DNA of 64,000 nucleotides, taken from positions 1,240,001 to 1,304,000 of the forward strand of contig CATNEN010000002.1 in the NCBI GenBank assembly GCA_950097015.1. The letters run 5' to 3'. Shown one piece after another: positions 1-13,700 of the stretch (its first letter is position 1; each line of letters begins with the position of its first letter). The translations under genes were made by a program, and so were the position numbers. The notes below the pieces were generated by a model that had not been told where the DNA came from, made no database searches, and saw nothing but the letters and a program-made list of their open reading frames with translations. The stretch is from Macrostomum hystrix (taxonomy: Eukaryota > Animalia > Platyhelminthes).

Positions 1-1022
1 CCCAAGCAGAAGTGGATTATGAAATATCGCAAAGGACTTTATGCGAAATTGGAATGAAGATAAGATAGAATCAAAAGCGGCTGTTACTGAAAAAAACTTC
101 TTTTTTAGCTAGAGCACAGAATGAACACAAATGTTTGCAATCTGAAAAAAATGGCTAGTCGATATAAAAAAGACAATAGTTTTTAGTTAAGAATGCTCAT
201 CTTAGGATTATAATTGACAAACAATAACTAATAAACCAGATGTGCCTGATGTACAGCTTTTTAGTCCATAGACTGCGGAGGCCGCAACACCTGCCAAAAT
301 GTCTCTACCTGCTGATTTTGGTACCCATTTTACAGCTGGGTGAACTGAAGCCATGGGGAATTTAGTTTACTGCTCAAGGACAGAATGTTTTACTCTGATT
401 GAGTTTTAAACTTCGAACCCCTCGTTCAGATTTTCGAAGCACTAATATAATAATAGTTAGAATGAACAGCATTATGACCGATAATTAAACGACAAAGCTG
501 AGGCATAGAAGCCTATAATATTATGCATGAATATGAATAGCGCACTTTTAATACTGTTCAGACACCTAAAACGCTACATCATGGATTTTTTTCAAACTAA
601 ATATTCCAACACGCTAAAACACCCACTTCAGCCGCACTTGCTTTTCGAGGCCGAAGATTCGAGAAAAAAACAGCGGAGAAAATAGAATCGTCCCACAGTG
701 CAGCTAACAGGAGCGGCACAGCCTAGCTGGTTATCGGATACAAGGCCAAGCTCTATATAACTAACTGAGAGATAGGAAAGAAAAGGAATAAAATCTGCCA
801 CTCGCTTCGTTCCCACACGCCAGCCAAGCTCAGTAAAGCCTCCCAGCAAGTCAGTGCTTACAACTTGTATGCACAATTAGCTTTGCGCCAGTCTTATAGA
901 TGTCAGTGAGTTAAATCTGGCTAAGCAATGTCTCTTAATACTGACTTGCGCTGACAGACTAGATAGATCTGAATAAATTCAGCCAAGGAAAAGTGATTAG
1001 AGTCTTCAAAACAAACAATAAA

Positions 1023-2159
1023 ATGCAGCGACTCAACAAACAATTACTCTTCCTATCAGTGGTATTATTGATAGCTTCGCCATTAAATGCTCGATCTGTC
1101 AGGAGTCTTAGACCAAGTGCGGAGGCCAGGTGCGTTTGCAACTTCACCCAGATGGATGCTGAACTTAAAGAGCTCTACAGACCAGGTCGGAACCACGCAG
1201 AGATGGTGTTCAGCTTCGTGCATACCCTAATATCCTTGAATTTCAAGCTAACAGTCTACCTGAAAGAATTTCGCAACTGCGTCCAATTCTGGTTAGACAG
1301 GACAGGGCAATGCGAGGCAGACTGCTCGTGTGAACCGGGTTCCGTCTGCTGCAGGGACAACAGCTTCGACTCTCTGGAGAGCAGCGCGCTGACATTAAAG
1401 AGTCAAGTAAAGAATTCCTTTACGGCCTACTCGCACATAGCATTTCTAAACGAATATCAGAGCTCAACGTTTGACATTGTAAATGTTTTCTCAAGCGCAT
1501 TCCTGGAGTTTATCAATTCGCTTAAGCAAGACAAGAGTAAGGCTGAGAATGAAAGGCATCACTATCTGGCATTTTTTAAACGTATGGGTCAGAGCGAACC
1601 ACTGAAGGCCATATTTGCCCAGACAATGCCTGCTAAAAATGCCAGTCAATCGATTGTAAATCAAATAGCTAACCACTATCACTGCGACACAACTAAAGTG
1701 CTGCCATTCTATCTCAACGTTTACGGCGTCGTGCTTCAGTACTTGTTCATGAACGAGCTGCACAAGGAGCTGACGGAATCAAAGGCGGTAAATACCAAGG
1801 CTAAGGCTACAGACGACTTCTTTACAGAAGAGAAAGATATTTGGCGAAGCTACCTTCGACTAGCCGACAACATGACTAAGCACATCATATTCTGCAGTAC
1901 GAAAGAGATTCACGCAATCAGATCGCAGGAGATCAGAGAGAAAGACATGGCAATGCGCAACGCGGCAATCGTGTTCAGCAGCTTTCTAATAATCCTAATT
2001 ATCATCATAGCGCTAATAGCGGCCTTCGCTTGCAAGACAAACCGGGAAGCGGCGGCCAATGCTGTGACAGTCAGAGACGAACCGGTGGCCACGTCGGACG
2101 AATTTGAAAACCGTGACTTGCTTTACAAGAGATACTACGAGACAGATGAAACTGTATAG
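1023..2159 (+). CDS. Intronless predicted type I membrane protein of unknown family
   Basis: Long stop-free ORF. ATG at 1023 opens a signal-peptide-like stretch (MQRLNKQLLFLSVVLLIASPLNA). Cys cluster CEADCSCEPGSVCC, one hydrophobic TM segment (AAIVFSSFLIILIIIIALIAAFAC) and a short acidic cytoplasmic tail. Confidence 0.6.
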   Translation: MQRLNKQLLFLSVVLLIASPLNARSVRSLRPSAEARCVCNFTQMDAELKELYRPGRNHAEMVFSFVHTLISLNFKLTVYLKEFRNCVQFWLDRTGQCEADCSCEPGSVCCRDNSFDSLESSALTLKSQVKNSFTAYSHIAFLNEYQSSTFDIVNVFSSAFLEFINSLKQDKSKAENERHHYLAFFKRMGQSEPLKAIFAQTMPAKNASQSIVNQIANHYHCDTTKVLPFYLNVYGVVLQYLFMNELHKELTESKAVNTKAKATDDFFTEEKDIWRSYLRLADNMTKHIIFCSTKEIHAIRSQEIREKDMAMRNAAIVFSSFLIILIIIIALIAAFACKTNREAAANAVTVRDEPVATSDEFENRDLLYKRYYETDETV

Positions 2160-3073
2160 CTTCCCGTGTGCAGGACTGTTTTCAAAACATTAAAATGGAA
2201 TTCTATTATTCATAACTAGTAGGCATGCTGAGGGGGTATGGTATGCCTCGGTGTCAGCAAAGCAGTTCATGTGTATATCTATTCATTTTTACTAGTTACT
2301 GTTTTCATTTGTACTACATGTCTCTTCGGGCATCTCAAAATCATGCGTAGATATATTACAAAGACCAAGAAATACACCACCTCGGCTTAATTTAGTAAGA
2401 ACAGTAAGGTTGCCTATTTAGTGTGAAAATTTTAGGGTAGCAAAGCAAATAAGTCAATAATTTTCGCATCATTTACTAAAAACAGGAATCAGGCATGCTG
2501 TAACAGTACATACATTTTGAGAGCATTTTTTGTTAAGCATACTGTTTTTTAACCACATTTTACTGCTATAGGCTAAAGATAGGAATATTCCTGTAGTAGT
2601 TACACAGTAGAGTTATATATGGTCTAAGTTTAATCTAGTATTTTTTCGGAATATCTATTAAACTGTCACAGAAATTAAAAAGAAACGAATAAAATCACTA
2701 TTAAAATCAACACATGCTACTTTTATTAATGTCTTCTGTGTAACTTAAAATTTATATCTAAAAAAGCATAATAAAATAACTAAAACGACAAGGACTGTGT
2801 TTATTCATCAAACCATTTCACTATCTTTATTATTTACAACATGTTGTTAAATAGCATCAATACAAAGTGCCAATAAAGGCGCTAGGCATTGGCACAGAAG
2901 ATCAGTCAGCCAATAGATAGTAATGCAATAAATAGCAAACAGGCAGGATAGTAAAAGCCGTCACAGTTATTGTGGCGCATCTGTACCCAGAATGCGTGAA
3001 CAAAGACACGTGAGAAGCAGCTAGCCTCTAAAACTCAGATTGCCTGAGCAGGGCTACATATAGATGTTAGCCT

Positions 3074-3151
3074 TTACTTGCTTCTTTCCCTCATCTTCCT
3101 GCGCTTGCGCTTTAGTCTGCGCATTCGCTTCTTCCTCCACTTGGCGCGCAT
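3074..3151 (-). CDS. RPL41: 60S ribosomal protein L41 (eL41)
   Basis: Reverse strand reads MRAKWRKKRMRRLKRKRRKMRERSK*, the canonical 25-aa eL41. A tttcag acceptor lies 4 nt before the ATG, and AATAAA signals (plus-strand tttatt) lie near 2800-2831. Too short for the ORF track. Confidence 0.97.
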   Translation of the reverse strand: MRAKWRKKRMRRLKRKRRKMRERSK

Positions 3152-6100
3152 TGCGCTGAAATTTATAGCGATGAGTTTACAGATAAGAAAGTCGTGAAAT
3201 GCAATAAATACTACTGAATTGAGAACTCATATGTTCATAATTACGAAAAAATAATTAGAATGGAGTTTTCAAATTGTCAAAGCCAGAAGAACCAAATGTG
3301 CTATGAGAATAACTAAATATGCTACCAGATTAACTAAATATGCTACCCAGAAATTATTTTAAACATATAAAACATATTCTCAAAAACTAATTTTAAGAAA
3401 GCCATACATAAATTAATACTAATAAGTAGAGAATATTAAATTACCCCAAGAACAAAATGACCATTTATTCAGTGACAATGATAAAGTAGAGTGAACCATA
3501 TCTTAAGAGTTGTTAAAATTTGCTTGTTCAATTGGTTCAAATCGAAGATTTGGGTATAATTTATTGAAATTCTGATAATTCTAGCCATTATGTAGCCATG
3601 TCTCAGGCCAGACTAATCAAATTTTAACCTATGCCCCAGATACATAAGTCTGAAAGCTGGGTTTTTTATCTATAACTTGGGTGCAATTTTGCACCCTGTG
3701 CTAGATTTCAGGGTGCAATTATCAAGACCAGAAAGTGCTGCACTGCTGCAGACAAAAACTGGTCTAACAATAATAGTGTGTTTCAAAGTTTCTGGTGCAC
3801 TTTTGCTACCTGATTCAAATTTCAGGGTGCAATTTTTAAGACCAGGATGCTTTTTGCACTATTCGCACAAAAAACCTAGTCTGAAAGTCAAGATTGATTT
3901 GTTTCTGGCAATAAGGGAGGTGGTTCTTATATTGCAACAATGAGTATTGAGTAAAAATATGTACTATAATTACTTCATGAAATCAAATAATGAATAAAAT
4001 CCAAAATTATAACAATAATATGAAGCACAACAGTTAGGCCTAACACCCTTACATCAAAACAAACAATAGATTTAGTAATATTAATAGTAATAGACAAGAG
4101 ATTATTAGCTCCTGTGTGTCTCTATCTATCTCTAGTAATGTGTAACCTAGTAGAGAAAGTGACCAAAAGAAAAAATAAAAAGATCAATGATCTGATGTTC
4201 CTTTTGAAGTATTCTTTGCACACCCAAACTCTTACTAACTCAACCATAGACAGATTAAATTAAGCCATATTGAGGCAGGCCCTATATTTATTGTATATAT
4301 TTAACTTGAATTTCTGCCAAATTATTTTCCCCAATTTTGGTTTATTGTGTTTTATCACCCACCTCAAATTTTTGCTATAAATATAACCGCAAACTAGCCC
4401 TAGAACTCCAACCAGAGCCCCTTGTCCAGTTCTGTGTTGAATAAAGGAGAATAAGTCTCAAAGTATTTAAATAGTTCTTATTCAGAGAGAGAAGGAAAAG
4501 CAGGTCTGTGGTCACACAAGTTGGTGAATATTTGAAAGAATAAAGAAGGAAATAATTATCAAAAGCAATATAGTGTGATAACTAAAAGAGCAGCTAGGGT
4601 AAATTTAAATTGGTGAATAGTACTATGTGCAGAGTTGGGCAAATTCAGTCCATTTAGAAGCCTTGAAAGACTGGGAAAAACCAGAAAGCCAGATAGTTTG
4701 AGTAAGTAAGGAGAGGAAGTGTCTTGCTGCTTGGACACTCGTGCAAACGCTACAATATTTGGGAAAGAAAGCAGCCTATATGGCTAAATTAAGCAATACA
4801 TATACATATGAAATAAGAAAAGTACATAGCCAGTCTATGAAGTATAGTCAAGTCATTGACAAAGGAAATTAAGAATTATTTCAAAGGGTCAATTTAGGGT
4901 ATAATATTTTAATAGAAGCAAGTTTGGCATAAATTTACTTTCGTTCGTGAAATTATTTTCTTCTTTTAAAATGTTAAATGATGAAGCAGATAATGTCAAC
5001 TGGTAACACAACTGGTGGGAAACATTTTTAAACGGCACTGAGCATTGCTCAGTTCAGTTCAATGTAGTCCTGACTGTCTCAGATTCCTAAACTGGGTAAT
5101 AATGACAAATCCAGTACAGAATGCTGCCAAAAGCCCTCGTAAGCCCCAGGTGAAGGTGTTGCCATAGATACTCTTGGATGTGCGATTCAAAGAGGGCATC
5201 GCTAATGCCATGCCACATAGTCTCGTCAGTACTTGCCGTCACTTCCATCAGATCCCTTGAATTCATATTTAGTTCCGTCAGAACTTCATTCGGTGGCATA
5301 ATCCACGATGGTCTTGGGGGCTGCCCAGCCATTTGCAAATCAGAAAAGTCTTGAAGTCTCTAAAATCCAAACTATAGTGAGGGCTCAATAAAACTCAGCT
5401 GAATTTCTGTGCCCCAAACAACTCTACGCGGCTAGGCCTACTATGGGCCATAGACAACTCCCATTCGTTATTCCGTGTCATTGGCACCATTTTAAAAGAG
5501 AAAAATAATTTCACAAACAAAAGTAAATTTAGGCTGAAAGTTTTTATATTAATAAAAGAGCCCTTCAACAATATCACCCAAAAAGATCTGTCTATATGGC
5601 AAAGTCTGTATCAGCATTAAAAAATCTGTAGATTTTGAGCAACTACCTAAATGCCTAACAAGCCAGAGTGTCATAAAAAATCATCAGTGGAATCTGGTGA
5701 TCACCTAATCATCATAAATCTTCATCAATAGTATTTATAATGAAAAAATTCAACTTACAAAACAACAGTCAATCTGTCTAGGCTTAGGCTGAGAAGTAAT
5801 AATTAAAGATGCAACTTTTTTACCATCTATAAAATATTTACAATCACATATTTTCACAATTTCACAATATAATTATCAAATTATTTCCAATAGCAATATG
5901 TTTATAATTAGATAATCATAGTACTGATAAGTATCCCTAAACTTAGGTCCATTGCTAAATAGCCTAAATACCACATAGTTTTTTAACAAAACATAATAAT
6001 GCTAGGCCTAACATAATTACATAATACTAATAGCTAACAGCAAGCAAGTTGCAACATAGTCATAGTTAAAATTAGTATAGGCCCTAGTATTAAACCCACT

Positions 6101-6399
6101 CAAAACAAGAAACAAATTTGCTGCAAAACGATTAGCAATCTAGCTTGAATTTTCCGACAGTTATTTTCTCCTGTAGCTAGCCAGCATACATAAAGCTTTA
6201 GCCTCCAGGTCATAGGAAAAAATTGAGCTTGAGAATAGTGATAGGCCTAAGCAAATATGAAAACATCTAATAAGGGCGTGCGAAAGCAAATAAGAAAAGA
6301 AGACAAAACACATTATATAGCTGCGCAATTCGAATTTATTATCTTTTCATTACAATAAAGTGACTAATTTGACCACATTTAGGCACGAGCTCTTCATAC

Positions 6400-6958
6400 C
6401 ATAATCATATTGCACGGTTTAAAGCACGAGCAAGAGCATCTTATTTTGAAAATTGACTAAGTCGTTTACGTTACTAAACAAACTAACAAACCAGTAGCGA
6501 CTAATGTTTTTGCTCTTAAATCCTTGTAAAATAATAAACTTCTTTAACTCAATTTAATAATTTCCGTCTGTTGTTTTATATAGCCAGCATGGAATATTAA
6601 CAGCAAGTTTCTGCCTTACAACAATTATGACTATACATTATCCTTACAACTATGTTTATGCATATAGTCTAGTCAAGTGTAGCAGCCATGCACCTTGTCA
6701 TCAAATACTTGCAGAGCAAGTGAGACGCTTGTCTTTTGAATCCCATTAGGATAAGCATGCTCCATGAGATTTGTTCGGCGAACAATGTTATTTTCCTCAG
6801 ACTTAAAAACAAATATGATGTCGCCCCATTTGGCAGAGACAGTTGTGTCGCTCTCAGGAATGCGAATTTTTAGTGTATCATTTTGTTTAATTTCCCAGTT
6901 GTTTCTCATTGACTTCAGTAGGTGAACCATGTCGTGGATCATAAAAAACGACTTGGCT
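6400..6958 (-). pseudogene. 3' part of a decayed P-element/THAP9-like transposase, split by the MULE insertion
   Basis: Contains HDMVHLLKSMRNNW (P-type D-x-x-H-L-L-K-x-x-R-N-N-W motif). The frame joins across the TSD to the 20323+ fragment (IDANQLAKSFFMIHDMVHLLK). The downstream part has stops; left boundary approximate. Confidence 0.75.
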
Positions 6959-6966
6959 AGCTGATT

Positions 6967-8340
6967 ACTGACGTAAACCTAGCCTCATGCCATCCTCACG
7001 ATATTTGAAAACAACGTGCGATGGCTGCGATACTGCCTAAAATTAGCAGATACGATGAAGACAGATATGCAATGCCTGTTTTTGCATCGATATATGCCAT
7101 GGTCGTGCGTGTGAATGGCTCTAAAATATGAAAGCATGAGGATGGCGTGAGGATGGCGTGAGGATGGCTTCCCAAAGATGCACATATCAACTAATTCGTG
7201 CGATGATTTCTAAATCCTACATAGGCACGTGCCAGTAATAACTGTGTGAAATTTCAAATCAAGGCATCAAATTCTTTGCCTTTTAGGCACGTCGGAGAAA
7301 CTAAATCGGCTGAAGTATGTGGTGTCTTGCTGCGATAAAAGAACGTATTATAGGGTACATTGCGAAAGCACACATATCGCATAGCTACTCTCCTAAACTA
7401 CAAAAATTCGAAAACCGCAACTTTGCGATGGCCCTAGTTGCTGAGATCGACGTCATTATACATGAACATAAAATGTCACAAATTTCTCCCCGGCGTTATC
7501 AAAATTATTCCAAGCAAACTAACAAAACATTTGCCGCTGGAGACAACAATGTCGACAAAAACTAAAGTCTAACTTAGAGTTAAAACCAAAATTAACATTA
7601 AAGATATTCGATTATATCCGAGAAGACTGCACTCAGTCTGTTGTTAGTTATTGCATCAGTTACTTCTCCCACTTTGAATGTAAGCAAGACTTGTGCAAGG
7701 ACCACTCTTCTTCTAGTGGTCCTTGTACTTATGACCTAGTGTACTGAATAGTGTACTTGGACACTCATAAAGAACAAAGATTAGGCCTATACAAGCAATG
7801 TAAACAAGTCATTGACTCATTGGTTGGCAACACTGTGCATTTTTTACCTCATTCTCAGTGCAGTAGTGTCAATTATTGGTGTGTATCAGTGCAAGCTCAT
7901 TTATTGCTTACCTACATTACAATCCTACATAATTAATTATATTGAGCATCTACTTGCCATTCATTTCAATTGGTTCTTTCCATTGGCATTATTATACATT
8001 ATAATTGAGTTCCTCATTTTTGTACATTTATATACATGGAATCAAACAAATGGTTGACAAGTCCCATGAAATTTATAATGCCATGCAGTCGCAGATAAAG
8101 AAGAAAAAAGTATTTTACGTTTCTTGGAACATCAAATAAGGCTGATAAGATGAGATAGATGATAAGATAATATAGACTAATATTAATAATATTAATTTTC
8201 TATCTTGTCTTTAATCAACTCATTAAACTCTAACTAACTTACTTAATATGAAATTCTTGACATCGTTCCTTCATGTTCCATACATTCTTATCTTTATTTT
8301 TGTGTTGAAAATAGGTCAGTTGTTACTATTTGTCTTTGTC
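6967..8340 (+). repeat. Left outer terminal inverted repeat (1374 bp)
   Basis: Reverse complement of 18941-20314. Five short ORFs translate identically in both arms. Contains 11-bp GTGAGGATGGC repeats near 7137-7168. Confidence 0.95.
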
Positions 8341-10615
8341 TAGACTAAACATCCATGGTCCATAAAGAACATGAAATTCTTGTTCCTTCATGTTCCGTCT
8401 ATTCTTGTCTATATATTTGTGTTGAAAGTAGAGCACCAATTGTTATCTGTCTAGACTAAACATCCATGGTCCATAAAGAACATGAAATTCTTGTTCCTTC
8501 ATGTTCCGTCTATTCTTGTCTATATATTTGTGTTGAAAGTAGAGCACCAATTGTTATCTGTCTAGACTAAACATCCATGGTCCAAAAAGAACATGAAATT
8601 CTTGTTCCTTCATGTTCCGTCTATTCTTGTCTATATATTTGCGTTGAAAGTAGAGCACCAATTGTTATCTGTCTAGACTAAACATCCATGGTCCATAAAG
8701 AACATGAAATTCTTGTTCCTTCATGTTCCGTCTATTCTTGTCTATATATTTGTGTTGAAAGTAGAGCACCAATTGTTATCTGTCTAGACTAAACATCCAT
8801 GGTCCATAAAGAACATGAAATTCTTGTTCCTTCATGTTCCGTCTATTCTTGTCTATATATTTGTGTTGAAAGTAGAGCACCAATTGTTATCTGTCTAGAC
8901 TAAACATCCATGGTCCATAAAGAACATGAAATTCTTGTTCCTTCATGTTCCGTCTATTCTTGTCTATATATTTGTGTTGAAAGTAGAGCACCAATTGTTA
9001 TCTGTCTAGACTAAACATCCATGGTCCAAAAAGAACATGAAATTCTTGTTCCTTCATGTTCCGTCTATTCTTGTCTATATATTTGTGTTGAAAGTAGAGC
9101 ACCAATTGTTATCTGTCTAGACTAAACATTCATGGTCCATAAAGAACATGAAATTCTTGTTCCTTCATGTTCCGTCTATTCTTGTCTATATATTTGTGTT
9201 GAAAGTAGAGCACCAATTGTTATCTGTCTAGACTAAACATCCATGGTCCAAAAAGAACATGAAATTCTTGTTCCTTCATGTTCCGTCTATTCTTGTCTAT
9301 ATATTTGTGTTGAAAGTAGAGCACCAATTGTTATCTGTCTAGACTAAACATTCATGGTCCATAAAGAACATGAAATTCTTGTTCCTTCATGTTCCGTCTA
9401 TTCTTGTCTATATATTTGTGTTGAAAGTAGAGCACCAATTGTTATCTGTCTAGACTAAACATCCATGGTCCAAAAAGAACATGAAATTCTTGTTCCTTCA
9501 TGTTCCGTCTATTCTTGTCTATATATTTGTGTTGAAAGTAGAGCACCAATTGTTATCTGTCTAGACTAAACATTCATGGTCCATAAAGAACATGAAATTC
9601 TTGTTCCTTCATGTTCCGTCTATTCTTGTCTATATATTTGTGTTGAAAGTAGAGCACCAATTGTTATCTGTCTAGACTAAACATCCATGGTCCATAAAGA
9701 ACATGAAATTCTTGTTCCTTCATGTTCCGTCTATTCTTGTCTATATATTTGTGTTGAAAGTAGAGCACCAATTGTTATCTGTCTAGACTAAACATCCATG
9801 GTCCAAAAAGAACATGAAATTCTTGTTCCTTCATGTTCCGTCTATTCTTGTCTATATATTTGTGTTGAAAGTAGAGCACCAATTGTTATCTGTCTAGACT
9901 AAACATTCATGGTCCATAAAGAACATGAAATTCTTGTTCCTTCATGTTCCGTCTATTCTTGTCTATATATTTGCGTTGAAAGTAGAGCACCAATTGTTAT
10001 CTGTCTAGACTAAACATCCATGGTCCAAAAAGAACATGAAATTCTTGTTCCTTCATGTTCCGTCTATTCTTGTCTATATATTTGCGTTGAAAGTAGAGCA
10101 CCAATTGTTATCTGTCTAGACTAAACATCCATGGTCCATAAAGAACACGAAATTCTTGTTCCTTCATGTTCCGTCTATTCTTGTCTATATATTTGCGTTG
10201 AAAGTAGAGCACCAATTGTTATCTGTCTAGACTAAACATCCATGGTCCATAAAGAACATGAAATTCTTGTTCCTTCATGTTCCGTCTATTCTTGTCTATA
10301 TATTTGCGTTGAAAGTAGAGCACCAATTGTTATCTGTCTAGACTAAACATTCATGGTCCATAAAGAACATGAAATTCTTGTTCCTTCATGTTCCGTCTAT
10401 TCTTGTCTATATATTTGTGTTGAAAGTAGAGCACCAATTGTTATCTGTCTAGACTAAACATCCATGGTCCATAAAGAACATGAAATTCTTGTTCCTTCAT
10501 GTTCCGTCTATTCTTGTCTATATATTTGTGTTGAAAGTAGAGCACCAATTGTTATCTGTCTAGACTAAACATCCATGGTCCATAAAGAACACGAAATTCT
10601 TGTTCCTTCATGTTC
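8341..10615 (+). repeat. 111-bp tandem array in left TIR, about 20.5 units
   Basis: TAGACTAAAC recurs at 8341, 8452, 8563 ... 10561 (period 111); few variant positions. Confidence 0.97.
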
Positions 10616-10731
10616 AGTCATTATTATAGTGGTACATCTATGTATCTATATGTTCAAGCTATGCACATGAGACGTGTCACTTTCATTTCAGATTTTGTGG
10701 GCTTGACTGGCAATTATTAGCAGACTTTCTA

Positions 10732-13700
10732 ATGAGTAAGTTTTTTTGCCCTGTTGTCTTTTCTGATTGCTTCAGACTTTGTGCAACACTCATGCAGACG
10801 TTGCATATGACTCCTTTTTTTCATGGTACAGACTATTTAAGTGACTTGCCATGTTAATTTCAGATTGGAATACCGTCTCCGTCGATGACATTCAGAACCT
10901 GTTTGCCTCTCGTCGTCTGAGTTACTCAGATGTTGCTACCAAGCCTCTGCCAGGACCCACACCTGTAGGGACAGTGTGGTCCAGGGCATGCATTCTGTTG
11001 GGCTTTGAGGACTCATTCATTCACCGACGCTGGCTGTATGACCAGTTTCGCAGGAACGCAGTAAAGATTTTAACAGATATATCAGACGATCCTGTCCACG
11101 ATGAAGTCCTAGACAAAGAAAGCGCCAATGAGGAGTAAGTATTTTGCTGGATTTTTAGATCAACTTTTGCAGTGTCATGCATGAATCCTGTTTACAATGG
11201 TCTTTAGTCAGGGCTCTTTTGAAACATCATGACCCTAACTTCATCGCATGTATACAAATAAGAGTCATTTCTTTGCAGTGAGCAGCCGATTTTTCATGCG
11301 AGACTGCACACGGCGATCATCCTAGATAGCAGCGGACGTCTGCAAAAGAACTGGCAGGACTTCATCTTTCCGCACTTCTCGACTATGCTCTCCTGTTGCT
11401 TATGCGTGCAGCGAAGCAGGGTGGCAGCTACCTCGGCAGAGGTGACGGCAGATGTCTACTGCCGGGTCACCTCCTGCAACGCTCGCTTCAGGCTAACATC
11501 ACAGGATAGTAGGTTGCTGTGGACTCTGAGGGCGAGCGGCCCCCTTAAACCGCACACTGTGAAGCCACGCCCACTGAGAGGTCATCGCCGAGAAGAGTTG
11601 GCCCAGCGAGTCAACTCCTCTAACGCATACTCTGTGTCTGCAGAGCTGGCTACGGATGGCATTACACCGGAAGTACCGACCTCTAGCGTGCTGCGAACTG
11701 CGGCATCTCAGGAGCGGTTGAAAGAAAGGTTTTCCCAGGATCAAATCATGGATATCCTAATGAACGGGGAAATGCTCGATCCCCCGTTCATCAGAGATGT
11801 GAACGTACGACCAGGTGTTGGCCACCCGCGCTTTGCCCTGCTCTATATGGACAAAGCAATTCGGCTTCTAAAAGTGCTTCACTGTCGCAATTTACCGATT
11901 CGTGTCGGTCTGGACTCAACTGGTGCGCCCCTGGCCGATGGACACGGTGCTTACTTGCATGCCCTGGCTCTGCATCATCCAATTGAAGGGGAAGCTCCAG
12001 TGCCAATTATGCTGCTTCTGTCCAACTCGCAGACTAAGTCCACTATAAAGTTTGCATTGGACACATTCATCACAGCAGCACGGAAATCCGTTGCTAGCCT
12101 AACAATGCTTCAAGCTGTCACTGACTTCAACATCCCCAGCCTGGCTGCACTTACCTATGCCCACCATGGAATGGACATTCTTCCATATTTACGACTCTGC
12201 TGCGCCGTGCTCCGTCGGTCCTTCTCACAGCGTGAGCTTCGGGGATTCTGCCTCGTGGGACTTGGCAGGAGCCATATTGTGCACGAGTTTACGAGCTGGA
12301 CAATAGTGACCTCATGGCAGGACAAAAGAGCCTCGTGCTATTGGAAGCACGTCTTTGGTGCGCTTGTACGCACAACGTGCCTCGCCAGAGCTAAAATGGT
12401 AGTTACAGCATTCTTTGGTCTGCTCCTTGCACCAACTCTGGAGGTTCTAGAACTTCCAATGGAGGAGCTCACATTGGGTGGCCAGAATGTGGCTGCAAAG
12501 CAGCTGCTGGACGCCGCCATTGCCGACGAACTGGATGATGTGGAGGAATTTATTCCTGCGGAGGAACTGCTCTACGCTAGACCCGACAATACAATCAAGA
12601 GGGCATCTCCATTTTGGCAGATCTTTCAAAATGTTCACCAACAACTGGAGAATCGATTTTCAGCCAACCTGGACGAGGAAGATTTCCGCGCTGTTCCGAA
12701 TCCATTCCGCTGTACTCCGTTGGCACGCAAGCTCCTTGACGTCATGTTGCCGTACCTGCCGCTCTTTACGAGCATAATGTCTGAGCCTTGGCGTTACGCC
12801 CGGGAAGAAATGTATGCTGCAACCCCTGAGTCGTTGCACAGCTTCCAGGAGGGCAGTACTGAACTCTGCATTCGCCTCATTAAGGGCAGCCTCCTTGATG
12901 ACCAGCGGCCAAGTGCCATGACTTTTGTTAGGACAATGCACAGAAAGCTGCCAGGAGTGTACCACCAGTTCCTGCGACCATTGGGAGTCTTTTTGCAACA
13001 GGAAGGCGTTCGCAGCGGCACCTCCGATTGCTCGGATAGTGAAGCAAATTCCTCCAACGAGCATCCAACTCATTTTATGCAGAATGATACAATGCCACGT
13101 ACTACCCCAGGGGCGTCTGTTCTTACTAACGAAAATTCTGTGCCCGGCTCCGTATCTGCCTCATCTGCTTCTGGACCCTCTGTGCCAGGCTCCGCATCTG
13201 CCTCTGGACCCTCTGTGCCAGGCTCCGCATCTGCCTCTGGACCCTCTGTGCCAGGCTCCGCATCTGCCTCATCTGCCTCTGTGCCAGGCTCCGCATCTGC
13301 CTCATCTGCCTCTGGACCCTCTGTGTTAGGCTCCGCATCTGCCTCATCTGCCTCTGGACCCTCTGTGCCAGGCTCCGCATCTGACTCTGGACCCTCTGTG
13401 CCAGGCTCCGCATCTGCCTCTGGACCCTCTGTGCCAGGCTCCGCATCTGCCTCATCTGCCTCTGTGCCAGGCTCCGCATCTGCCTCATCTGCCTCTGGAC
13501 CCTCTGTGCCAGGCTCCGCATCTGCCTCTGGACCCTCTGTGCCTGTTGGAAATTCCGTTCGTCCAAGCCAACGTTCAGCCGAGAATCCGTTCACAGCGAT
13601 GGAGTTCGAGGAGAATCTGACAGAGGAAGGAACACATTTTGCTGGTATCGTAAACAAGAAGCGCAAGCGTCCATCAGCCACCTACACTTCGCCGAAGCGA

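Noticed and set aside
5087-5360. Exon-like minus-strand ORF (MQMAGQPPRPSW...)
   Set aside because: No recognisable family and no partner exons found; could be real but is unsupported.
6985-8057. Short ORFs in the TIR arms and their mirror copies at 19224-20296
   Set aside because: Short, overlapping, AT-rich, with no motifs; they are duplicated only because they lie in the inverted repeat.
8341-10615. 111-bp array (and the 84-bp array at 29276-30968) as CRISPR arrays
   Set aside because: Units are head-to-tail with no unique spacers, there are no cas genes, and the context is eukaryotic.
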